From the NCBI RefSeq assembly GCF_964194025.1, contig NC_134473.1:73036001-73100000 (forward strand): a DNA stretch of 64,000 bases. Direction: 5' to 3'. Under the pieces are notes generated by a model. It was not told the origin of the DNA. It searched no databases and saw only the letters and a program-made list of their open reading frames with translations. The position numbers and the translations under genes were made by a program. Positions 10,821 to 22,124 of this stretch are shown here, in pieces. The stretch comes from Convolutriloba macropyga (Eukaryota). Each line of letters begins with the position of its first letter. Within the stretch, counting starts at the first letter, position 1.

Positions 10821-12583
10821 TTTATAGAACCATACCAATAATATTATTTTCGATTGAAAAATTGAACCAAAAAATAAAATTTTATTTATTTCTGTTTTCG
10901 GCCCTCAAGAAAAAATATGGAAAATTTCGAAAATTTACGTCATCGAATTTTTGAAAGCTACCAATTTATCAAAATCTTATCAATTGTTGATACAGATGAC
11001 CTCAAATTACTTCTTATACAAAATATCTTATTGACAATTTTTGCAAAACTGTTGAGTCGAAGTATAGTTTTGATTCATCGATTGCAATATTATATGATGT
11101 TTTCGTTGGTAGCTCTCTAGAATCAAATCCCTGAAATTTCTATCCTAAATCAAAAACAAAAACTTCTCGGCACAAATTGGCTTCTACAACACTTTTTTTT
11201 CACTTTTTCCGAAAATAATGACGGTAAGTGGACCAAATGAATAGCGCACCTTTGAAGATGTCTAATTCAAAAAAGCTAATTTAAAAATTGCGATATTGTT
11301 AAAAACAATTTGAAAATACCATCAAAATTTCAAAATTAAACAAATTGAGTCGAATTTTTTCCTCATAATTAAACAGAAAAAATGAAAGACTAATAATGAA
11401 AGTTTTGCACAAATAATTTGTTGATTGCCAAAGGTACAAAAAAAATCATTTTTAGGAGTGCATTTTAGGTATCTGTGGATAAGTGATTTGTACTATTTTC
11501 ATACTCTATTGAAACTCCTTCAATATTTTTTCAAGTTCTCATAAATAAATTTTCCATCCTAAATTAAAAAATGACCATTAAAACCCCATCAAGATTTGCT
11601 TTCGAATCTAATACAAGTATTCAAACTTGACACCTTTGACCACGATAGCTGATAACAGAGTAAGATGAAATAAACTTAAATGGTAAATAATTGCTCACCC
11701 ATTTTTCATTGCGGATTGAAAAAACGATTTGCAGCAATTCAACATTTATTGAATTTCAGCTTGAGAAAATTTGTTTCTTCATACGATCTCAAGCGTCAGG
11801 ACAAAATGCCCATTGCTAAAATCGTCAACCTGCTAAAAAGTATTCAAAAGAGACCTCAGATTTTACTATTTTACGCTATCGTCACTCCATTGTTTATTTT
11901 ACCTTTTGTTTACCCTTTGTTACTCATTGTTAAGGTTACCCTTGTTTAGAACAATACAGCCTAATCAGATAATTTATAATTTGTTAAGTATATTTACCAA
12001 GTTTTAATTGTAAGACTTTTAATATGAAAAGATAAAAATCTCCAATTAAGTATGATAAACATGCTTGTAATATGAAGTGTTTGTTTCTAATCAGATTATT
12101 TAAATCTAAGTTTACTCGAAAATTTTAAAGGTAATAAAATGGGTATTGCCATAATTGGCGTTGGTCATTTTGGCACATTGGGTAAATTTTCATTTAACCA
12201 ATCTTAAGTAACTTTATTTAAAAAAATGGATCAATCAGTTTCAAACGAACCGAAAACAAGGCCATTATTATGTTCAAGAAGTCCCAAAGATTACATTTTG
12301 AGGTAAAAAACAGCCCTTTTTGCGGAGTATAAAAACCTCACTCCAAGTGTGAGAAGACCTTAATCGTGATCAATGATTTTAAACGTTCGGTTTCTGTTCT
12401 TCTGTGTAATTTTGGTCAATATCAACCCTAGCCTCTTGAGTTTGTGGGTCTTTCCGTATAGTCTAGATCTCGACTATTAACTATACTGCTCGGACTAAAT
12501 GAGGGCGATTTTCAGAGTCTGGAGAATCTAGCAACGATAATTGACATATGATCTGGGCTCAAGCAACCGCAGGGTTACCTTAC

Positions 12584-12721
12584 CCGTATCCTGTGCCCTG
12601 TTTTCCCGGACGTGTAGTAAAGTTCCTTGGGGGCGCAGTGTGTGCCTTTCCTGACCTGACAGCGGGTGAGAAATGGTCCACTTTGCCACCAAGGGTTCCA
12701 ATGTGGCTACCAGCACCTGGC
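12584..12721 (-). CDS. CFAP96: CFAP96/C4orf47 coding exon 2
   Basis: Acceptor TTTCTAG|G and donor GG|GTAAGG. Encodes PGAGSHIGTLGGKVDHFSP..RNFTTRPGKQGTGYG, matching the family GSxxGTxGG..NxYTxPGKKGTGYG; phases fit exons 1 and 3. Confidence 0.85.
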
Positions 12722-13009
12722 CTAGAAACCATTTGATAAGAAGTTACCCGGATGCGAGTCTGCTTCCAATTCAGAAATGAAACATAGAATTTCAATTATG
12801 GAAAAAGGTTATGATCAGAGACTTTTCATGTCAAAAATAGGGATGTGCAGCATGCTTTTTCAGAACAACGCTATGACTCAAAAATTGAGTTCTGCATTTT
12901 CTATAAGCATCATATTTTACCGCCTAATTATTCACTTAACAGCGCTTTATTCAGTCGCATTTTACTATGCACTTCTTGATTTTACTATTTTTACCTTAAC
13001 TAAAAAGGC

Positions 13010-13182
13010 GGATCTTTTCCGTTTGTGCCCCCCCCCCCCCCGCAGTACGTTATGCACCCCTAGTTACAGAGCACGTGTCATTACATAGTAAGTCAATATG
13101 TAAAAATGTGGCACGTGCGTCTGGGGGTGCAAATGATATGCACCCACTAAGCCGGGGGGGGGGGCACAAACGGAAAAGACCC
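13010..13182. mobile_element. hAT-type MITE (GGATCT.. TIR, poly-C/poly-G arms)
   Basis: GGATCTTTTCCGTTTGTGCCCCC...GGGGGCACAAACGGAAAAGACCC; same family as the copies with 8-bp TSDs at 18043 and 58190. Confidence 0.75.
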
Positions 13183-13488
13183 AAAAAATAAGGCTAAATA
13201 GTTCTGCTAACTTCTTGACGCATTAACACTTAACAATGCAAATGCACGTAAGCTTTCATTAGCATAGATTAGTACTCTGCAAATAAGGGAAATGAATCCC
13301 CTCCCGTGAACACAGTTATATTCATCAACATGGGTGAACAAACAACTGCACGTTGTTTTTCTACCGATAACGGTTTGTAGAGATTGTTAAGAGTTACAAC
13401 TGTCCCTTACAAGTCACATGTGAACGATTGTAAAGATGCTTCTTGAGTGAGGGGGAGGGGGGGGGGGGCTTCCGCTTCAGCAACTCAC

Positions 13489-13793
13489 ATTTTGGGGGGA
13501 TAGCTACTAGGAGTCCACGCTTTCCCGATATTCTTTTTACCAGCTATGATCCGGTCCAGCCTCCTCATTTTTATGTAATCATTATACGCTTCCTTTTCAA
13601 ACACTCGTCCGAAATCTGAGAAGTACCCATCACGGTGGGCTGACTTTGATTTGCTTCCTCCGGGTAGCATCTGTTTGCCTTTCCCGGCGGCATCGTTGAA
13701 GCCCCCTTTAGAAGGGTTCTTGTACTTGTCGCCCAGAAGGTATCCCATTTCACTGAACACCCCGATTCTCTCCATATCCGTTTTGGCCGCCAT
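13489..13793 (-). CDS. CFAP96: CFAP96/C4orf47 (UPF0602, ciliary) coding exon 1
   Basis: MAAKTDMERIGVFSEMGY..GDKY..FNDAAGKGKQMLPGGSK..GYF..F.RVFE.EAY.D is the recognisable C4orf47 N-terminus. The ORF 'stop' lies inside the donor AT|GTGAGT at 13488. Confidence 0.88.
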
Positions 13794-14252
13794 TCTGTCC
13801 CTGTTATCAGAACGCTAGATAAAAGTACCGAAATTTTTTTATCTTACCCTACAGTGATGGAACCATTAAAAATCTAGAAAGAAATCGTGCAAAGGAATAC
13901 AACATTTGTAAATATAATAAATATCTTACTTTTATATATAATTTTGCGATTTGCTGTTTATGAAGTTGTTTAAGAAAAGACCGCAAAATTCATTACGCAC
14001 AGCGAGCACCATAATTGCCCCGCTGGTGCTTCAAGCCCATTCAGTGAAATTAAAACCTTTCGGGAATATCTTAAATATATTGCTTACAAAATCAATCAAA
14101 TTTGCTAGTTCCAAATCATTAATTTTTTAGTGCCTGCTCGTCTGACTTCGAACGAAAGGAAATTTTGCTTTGTTTTTTTTTTAATTCTGTTGAAATACTA
14201 CAGAGAAAAATAAACGCGTACGCTATGTGTTCTCATCATTTAGTTCTGGTTA

Positions 14253-14971
14253 CCCCAATCAACACCAGATGGTTATCTTGGAAGATCTTCCAAGACGATG
14301 GTTATCTTGCAAGATTCTTGCGAATTCGTTTTGGTTGAGCTCTGCTCTCTATCACTTTTATAGAAAAACTATCGTCCATTTAGCGCAGAAATTTTCAAGA
14401 AGATACTTGAGTTGCAAGGGAATTTAAAGAATTTTTTTTTTCATCTGATGTCTGCATTTTTTTGGCTTTTTATGAGGCTGCAAGTGCAATAGAAGTTAAA
14501 CAAATTAAGATTAAATTTTAAAGGTTTTTGTCAGTACAGAAGCAAGTAGAGAACTTCTTAAAATCTTCAAAATCTTCATTTTGTAAAATTATTTTTCCAC
14601 AATTACATAATTCAATTATATTTCTTTGGAGAAATTTATTGTATTTGACATTAATACCTGTTATCAAATTTACCCTGTTCATATTTTACAATTGCTATTT
14701 TACAAAAAAGTTATCTTTTTTATAATTGTTTGATATTTTAGTTTGCGCAGAAAAAGGACAATACTGAAGCCATCTTTGTAGTAAATGTTCACCATACTGA
14801 ACAAGAAGTATTAGGAAATATTTTTCCACATTCTGATCAAGTTCGATCCTGTTCCATATATTTTCATATTTGTAAGACCAATTGTTATCCTGCAAGATCT
14901 GCAAAATTTTGGATAACCAAAATAACCAAAATGCAAGATCTTTTAAAATAACCATTCGAAGTCGACTGGGG
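14253..14971. mobile_element. CMC/EnSpm-type non-autonomous DNA transposon
   Basis: Ends CCCCAATCAAC..GTCGACTGGGG, 2-bp TSD TA, subterminal GGTTATCTTGCAAGAT-like repeats in inverted orientation at both ends. Confidence 0.6.
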
Positions 14972-15014
14972 TACTTTCCGTCAACAAGATATTATCGCTC
15001 AATTTTTATCGATT

Positions 15015-15245
15015 AAAACGCTAAATTTTGAGCTAGGATTAATTAAAACTTCATGGCATTCAATGTCATTGACAAAAAGAATTGAATGACCAAAATTCTA
15101 AAACTTGAGCTAAGATTGATTAAACTTTCATCGTATTCAATTTCATTGACAAAAGAGAATTAGAGGACCAAAATGCTAAAATTTGAGCTAGGATTTATTA
15201 AAATTTCATGGCATTTTATTTCATTGACAAAAAGAATTAGAAGAC
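15015..15245. repeat. Tandem repeat, ~80-bp unit x3
   Basis: TTGAGCTARGATT..TTCATGGCATT..TCATTGACAAAAAGAATT recurs three times. Confidence 0.8.
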
Positions 15246-17254
15246 CTCATTTTCACTTTATTTTAGAAAAATAGACATTGCTAAATGCAATTGTTAAATT
15301 CAAAATTGTTCCATCTACTGGGGAAATGTGCTTCACTTTGCAATGCTCGAGGACTGGTTTTAGCAAACGTTTGGAAAGTTCCAGAGAACCTGAAATACGT
15401 CAAAAGAAGAACGGTGAAAAAACATATAACCATTAGGTATTAAAAAACCCAATTTGATTAGTTAGATTATAATTCTTTTGATGTGTCATTAACATTAAAG
15501 CATCTAAAAAAATATCCAAGTTCCTTTTTGATCAACGATCCAATTGTTTCCGAATATTGTTAATCGGATATTAATCCAAATGATATTCAATATATTGCAA
15601 TAAAATGTTTAAATTTGAGATGATATTAAATGCGTTAATCGTTCATCTTTCGCTCAACAAAAATCTATGATGAGTATGAAAATGTTGAATGTCGTTTTAG
15701 GTTTCTACATCTTGATTTTTTGTCATCGTATTGTTTTTTGCAGACAAATTGGTAAATATCAATTGAAAGCGAATTATGGGAAGGAATACAGTTGTTTTTG
15801 CCTCAATCTCAGCGTTAGCTGTTTACAAAGTGTTTCATTTACATTTAACACATATAACAGATTTATGATTCTCCATAAAGATTTTAAACTCTGGAACGAT
15901 ATAGTTTGAAAAATAATTAACTGGTTAAAAGTTCAGATTTTTTGAAATAATTTTATCAACAAAGACAAACTGGTACATATATCTATCGATCATTGAAATT
16001 TTTCCCCGATATCCGTAAATGGTATGATTCTGTTCCTTTTTAATGCTTTTCAGGTTAACTACTCTACCTCATTCGGTGCAATTGATGTTTTAACAACTGC
16101 TTATTCCAATAAAAAATAGACAAATAGCTTATCGTGACATATTTCCGAGTGGTCTTTAAAATGCTTAGCAATTTAATCCGTCAAATCTAATCTTAACTCT
16201 ATCATTATGGTGATTCTTTCCGAGTAGATGAAAAAAAGTCGCCCACCCAGCTGAACGGGACTGAAATGATGATCTGATGTTACAATGATTCTACTGATGA
16301 AACGTAGCCTTACCTTGACCTCACCATTATTGTTGACCCCAATTCTAAGAATTTCAAATTATTGTTAGGATTGTCTACGGTTGGAAATTAAGCCAACTCA
16401 CATAAACACTGCCATTACTTTTAAATGTTTCCAAAAAATATCCCAGTTTTCAGAGCCTGTATAATGACAAACTCATAAAAAATGGGACTTTTCTAATTAT
16501 AGCATCCAGCTTAGTAGGCCAAATTACGTTTATCCCCGCCCCCTCCAATTTACGTAGCTACTATAAGTTTCTATAATTTCCAAGCTACAATAATTTTGTG
16601 AGGAAAAAACCAAAAAATCTAAATAATAAAATCAATAAATCTTAAAAATTGAATCTTTTATTGATTTTTTTCGCAATCGTAGTGTGGAGGTAAAAGGAAA
16701 GCTTTAGTTAGAAAGAATTAAAGTATCATAAACGGAATAAAAAGAAAATCATGTCGAGTAGGTAAATAAACGTGGTCAATTTATTGGCATTTAGTTCTTA
16801 AAGTCTATTTACGTTTCCTTACCTGTTGTTTAGTTTGCGTGATGGCCAACACCGTCTTTTCCACTAAGTAAACAAAGACACAGTGAAACAAGAAATAACA
16901 GCTTCCAGGTGTTTAAAAATGCAGAGATCTGCAATCAACCGGTTATAGATAGAAAGTACGGCACGTGCTTAAATTTGATTATATTGGTTGCATTATAATG
17001 GTGGTGGCATATTATTTGAAGCGCTGTTTAAAAATTTAAATCTTCGTTTAAAAGAGATGAATGAAGATAAAGTAGTTATGTACCAGTCAATTTGAAACAA
17101 TCGTGCTGGTAAAAATCAACAGAAAATTGATTTTTCAACTGTTTCGTTGTGGTTTCAAGATGTAAAAGCTTTTTCAATAACAGACCCCGCCAAAATTGTG
17201 CCCCTTTTTGCGAGGTGTCTGAAACAGGAAATGTCAACAAAAGCAATGAAATAA

Positions 17255-17591
17255 GGATCTATTTTCTCCCCCCCCCCCCCCCCCAGTGTTTTTTAAGCCC
17301 CCCTCCCCCCCCCCCCCAGTTACTATTTTTGGGTCTTTCCCATTATAGCCCCCCATAAAATTATAGCCCCCCATTATGGTATAAACACCATGTTTGGGGA
17401 GGGGGGGGGGGGCTATAGGTTATCTTACCAAGAAGCTGGGGGGGGGGGGGGCTATAATGGGAAAGACCCAGTTTTTATGTTGTTATATAGCATATAGCAC
17501 TTTACAATGTACAAAATGGCACGTGCGCCTGGGGGGGCGTAAAAAAAATAAGCCCACTAAGCTGGGGGGGGGGGGGGAACAGAATAGATCC
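17255..17591. mobile_element. hAT-type MITE containing a nested related MITE (17331-17469)
   Basis: Outer ends GGATCTATT..AATAGATCC; inner ends GGGTCTTTCCCATTATAGCCCC..GGGGCTATAATGGGAAAGACCC. Confidence 0.75.
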
Positions 17592-17685
17592 AGAAATTAA
17601 TTATTGAAATCAAAGGCCACAATTATGTTAGAGAATTCTCAAATATTGACAACAAAGATTAGGTGGCAATCAGATAAAACAAAAT

Positions 17686-17982
17686 GGATCTTTTCCGTTT
17701 GTGCCCCCCCACATTAGTGGGCACATATTATTTGAACCCCCCAGGCGCACGTGCTATTGTCTTACATAGTGAAGTGCTATATAGCAACAACTAATTTGTA
17801 ACTGGAGGTCTTAAAAAAACTGGGGGGAAACAGAATGGATCAGGAATGTTTCCTCGACCCGGGTAAAATTTACTCCCCCAGACGCACTTTTACATAATGA
17901 TGTAGTACGTAATGGCACGTGCTCTGTAACGGGGGGGGGGGGGGCATAACGTACTGGGGTGGGGCACAAACGGAAAAGATCC
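17686..17982. mobile_element. Composite hAT-type MITE
   Basis: GGATCTTTTCCGTTTG..CAAACGGAAAAGATCC with flanks AACAAAAT/AACAAATT (7/8); contains an internal MITE end and a CCTCGACCCGGG remnant at ~17852. Confidence 0.7.
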
Positions 17983-18042
17983 AACAAATTTAATAAGAAA
18001 AAAACTTTGGGATCTATTGACAAAAATCTAAAAAAATAACTA

Positions 18043-18210
18043 GGATCTATTCTGTTTCGCCCCCCCCCCCAGTGTTTTTTATGACCCGCAGTTACAAATT
18101 ATATGTTGTTGTATAGCACGTTACTATGTAAGAAAATAGCACGTGCGCCTGGGGGTCATAAAAAATTTATGGTCACTAAGCTGGGGGGGGGGGGGGAACA
18201 GAATAGATCC
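18043..18210. mobile_element. hAT-type MITE with perfect 8-bp TSD
   Basis: AATAACTA|GGATCTATTCTGTT...AACAGAATAGATCC|AATAACTA. Confidence 0.88.
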
Positions 18211-18504
18211 AATAACTAAAACAGAACGAAGATTATGAAGATAATTGCCTGTAAGAGTGAGGGAACAACTTTCTAAAAAATAAATATTTTTCTGATTTTC
18301 TTTCGAAATTAATATTTACCAAAAGATCTATTTGTTCCATAGTAAACATATTTAACTATTTAAAAGCTTCTAATTGTAACTTTGACAATCAATTCAGTAG
18401 AAAAATTTTAGAAAGAAACAGTTTTTTTTTAATAGATTGTTTGTTAAAGTACGTTTCGAATCATACACTTTCCACAAGATCACTGATTTACCATGTGTAC
18501 GGTA

Positions 18505-19158
18505 CTACTGTTGAGAAACTTAAACGCACAAATTGCATTTCAAAAGGGTAAACCGCCTGTTTTAGATGCCATTTTGTCATCATAACTTTGCCCGTTTCGT
18601 TCGATTTTTTATCAATTGTCGCATAATCATCAGTTTTAATAGATCTGTTTTTGGATAACTGACAAGTTTTCTCACAGAAGAGATCCTGATAAAATTTGGT
18701 CAGTTTTTAATCAGCCGCTGTACTTTGAGTTCTAAGTGAAATCTGTTTAAATTGCTCATAAAATTCACAATACAAAATGTTGCACAAATTGCGCAAAATC
18801 TTGTGCACAATTTTGTCAACCTAGTTAAGGTTTTATTTCTAAAAATGTATAGAAGACTTTGCAGTTGGGAAAAATATGGAGTCATGAGCAAGTGGAACAA
18901 ATTTCACGTGGGACACAAACTACAGCTGTTTGTGAAAACTGGCCAATTTCGATCTGGATTTCCTCTGTAAGTAAGCTTGTCAGTTTATCCAAATATTGAT
19001 CTATTAAATATTTGATGATTATGCGTCGATTGCTATAAAAGTGAAAAGAAAAGGTGAAAGTTAGGTAAGCTGTCTGTTTTAGAAGCCAACATGGCTTCTA
19101 AAACAGACAATCTACCACGTACATTTGAATTTTGTGCGTTTACTTTTGTCAACGAGTG
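18505..19158. mobile_element. Tc1/mariner-like MITE with long degenerate TIRs
   Basis: CTGTTGAGAAACTTAAACGCACAAA.. pairs with ..TTTGTGCGTTTACTTTTGTCAACGAG; inverted similarity runs ~200 bp inward; TA at both flanks. Confidence 0.65.
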
Positions 19159-20508
19159 TATTCTTTGTGTATAAAGGATTACACTTTCTTGACTTTTAAT
19201 TTTATTCATTGGATTGCGGCTAGAGCTTAAAGCGGAGAAAAATCATCAACAACGATTGTATGAAATATTGATATCATAAACTAAGTTTTTAAACGTATTT
19301 GTGGACACTTTTTAAATGTTGGAATCGTTCAACAGTATTTTTGTTAAAGCAAATAAAATATATATTGGTACAAAAATCAAGGCAGTCCGAGGGATTAGTG
19401 CACTTACACGACTTATTGCGCTTTAAAAGGCGAATGGTGGATTCATGTCATGTATGGTCTTTGGAATTATAAATGTGGCGTCTATTCAACTAATACTGCA
19501 CTCCCAATGTATGTTCTAATGTATTTCCAATTTATATGACATTTGCTGAATCGTTCTTCTTTTTAAAAGAACTTCTCTTTTAGTCAACAATGAAAGCTAA
19601 TCTAGAGAGGACGGTTTGCTCCACAATTTTAGAATATTTGACCATAAAAATTTCAAACCATGGCAGATTATTTTAATTACGTGCTATTTTTTAGTCTGTT
19701 TTCACCAAATTAGCCATGGTTAATTTGGTACATTGAGTGGATCTATCTTGTTCAGCTTTTACCGCCCTGTTAGTTTTGAATCTGGATTTCTGTGTTGAAG
19801 TATATGTCAAAACAGAAATCTTAGTCGACCGAGTGCTGGGCATAATATACGAGGAGACTGGGTTTTAGTTTTTAAGTATTTTGAGAATAGACAAAAATAT
19901 GGCACTTTTTAAAAAAATTAGACGAATGTGCTGTAAAAGCGTATTTGAAGAAGAAAACTTTTCTTTCACTAATATGCAAAATTAACATAACTTCACTTTT
20001 AAATGAAAATCAACACTGTCGTAACTATTGGTTCTCTAAATATAACAAAATCTAAGTCCCTCTTGGGCTCGTGCCCAGCTACTAAGATTCTTGACAATAC
20101 CTGTTGACAGCGAGAAGTCCCTACTGTGACTAAGATTTTGATCTAACATATGCAAAGTGAGATTTTACTAGTGCGAGATGGCAATTAGGTAGGGCATCTA
20201 AGTAGGGCAGGCAAAAATAGACTTAGGAGTGCTACTAAGGGTGCAGATAACGCAAACAAATGCTCTGTAAAAATATATGTTGATAGCTTACGCTTTGCCA
20301 CATGTGGTTCTAAGGTTACGTTGCAAATTAGTAGACTAATATGAGCTGCCACAAAGTTTCAGTGCCTGACTATTTTTCAAATATAGTGATTCTCTAAATG
20401 GACTAATAGACTAATGCATTTTTGCATTTAGGTTTTAAATGGGTAGAAATGATGCCTCAAGAAACAATTAGTAAAAAAGCCAAAAGCGGTTGTCTAATGT
20501 ACTAATGA

Positions 20509-20863
20509 ATATTACCGCACGGTTGTTATCGCCACCGAGAAGTTATCAAACTCCGAGGCGAAGCCAAGGTGTTATGATAACTTCGAGGGTGATAAAAACC
20601 GTGTGGTAATTTTTTCAATCAACACCTGTTGCAATCATGTTTGTTTTTTTAGACTACTAGTTTATCAAATTGTTTCCATCATTAGACTACGAGTTTATTA
20701 CCACTCTTTTATCGCCACTGTTTACTTAGTAACAGTGGCGATAAAAGAGTGTGATAAACACGTAGTCTAATACTCAAGTGTTTTTCCAGTGTCGATCGGA
20801 CATTAAAATTCATTACGCTGGCAGTTTATTTAACTACTATTATCGCAACAGGTGTTGATTAAA
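20509..20863. mobile_element. Double-hairpin element, Crypton-like non-autonomous candidate
   Basis: Hairpin 1 (20509-20615) has a CGAGGCGAAGCC loop. Hairpin 2 is bounded by ATCAACACCTGTTGC / GCAACAGGTGTTGAT and has a near-perfect inner stem at 20681-20772. Confidence 0.5.
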
Positions 20864-20965
20864 TTAATAAGTGTGTGTTTTGGCATGCGTTTATGTAGCT
20901 CTCCTGCAAAGAAACTTCTCATTATCCTGCTCAATTGGTCGACTACAAGGAGCAACAGCAATAAA

Positions 20966-21109
20966 ATGCAGAAAAACTCTTTAACCAAGTATTTGACTAC
21001 ATTTCCTTATGGAGGCTACTCTTTTTACGAATACATCAATTTTATCAATTTGCTCAAAATAGTCTACATAGTTTGCATTCCCATGGAGATAGCTGGAATT
21101 GTTTTCCAG
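20966..21109 (+). CDS. Putative first coding exon of a four-TM (claudin/PMP22-like topology) protein
   Basis: Upstream acceptor TATGTAG at 20898, ATG at 20966, 48 codons ending in hydrophobic LLKIVYIVCIPMEIAGIVFQ, consensus GC donor CAG|GCAAGT (phase 0). Confidence 0.55.
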
Positions 21110-22124
21110 GCAAGTTATAAAAACAGAAGGGCTACTCTTCGACCGATATTAGGTACCGAAAAGAGGGTCCTCAATAGATAATTGGGATCTTTTCCGTTTG
21201 TGCGCTCCCCCCAATGTAACGCCAAAACAGCCCTCCAAAAAAGCGATGTTCCTTAAAGATGGGAGATTGCTGTTGTAATATCAAGTGAACAATTGTCTCT
21301 ATGTTCATTTTCTGTCTATTGGGTTATACCGGTGCAAAATTATGTTTCACATGAAGCAGAAAATTACACTGTGCAGACAATTGATGTGCGTTTCTCATGT
21401 GAAAAAAGAAAAGTCGTTTTTTTAAATTTTTTTTTACAAAACACTTGCCCGCTTTTCTGAGAAAAAGAAATTTTATAAACTAGATGACAACATTATACAT
21501 AATGCAATAAAATTTTTTATGCGGGTAGACTTTCCGTATATGACGGCTAAGAAGACAAAAGTTTGATATTTGTTATTGAAGCCCAAAAAAAGTGATCTTT
21601 TTTGACAACTTCAGGTACTCGCTAAAGTGCGATGCGACGTTTGTTATTCTAAGATAGCTGAGGTAGTTTGTCAGTATGTTTGTTAGTATTCAACAAAACC
21701 ATAAATGACTTAGTATGATTACCAGGAATAATAAATGACCTAGTTTGTTTATTGACACTTTTTTATGCTGTCCAACCGTAGAAAAGAACTTGGCTCGACT
21801 TTTACATGTCTTCGACTTAGACTGGAATTAAAAGTACTCTACTCAAAGTTGGCTGGACAATAAACGCAGTCCTCAAATTATGAAAATTTTGAATGTCAAC
21901 GTACAATGTTTTTCATATAAATGAGTCAAAATGTTGCTTATTTTTTCATCTTTTCATTGCGTCAGAAGCTTCCGCCATGTTAAGATTTTTAAAAACATCA
22001 CTCCGTTATAAATTCTTTGAAAGCACAAACTTAAAAAACTAAGTAGTCGCACTGGTTATCCTTGACAGGTATAATGTCTCTGCATGAGGAACTTTTATAA
22101 TAATAAATAATAAATTAGTTCTCG

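Noticed and set aside
13960-13980. RFX X-box upstream of CFAP96
   Set aside because: GTTGTTTAAGAAAA is too poor a match to the consensus to call
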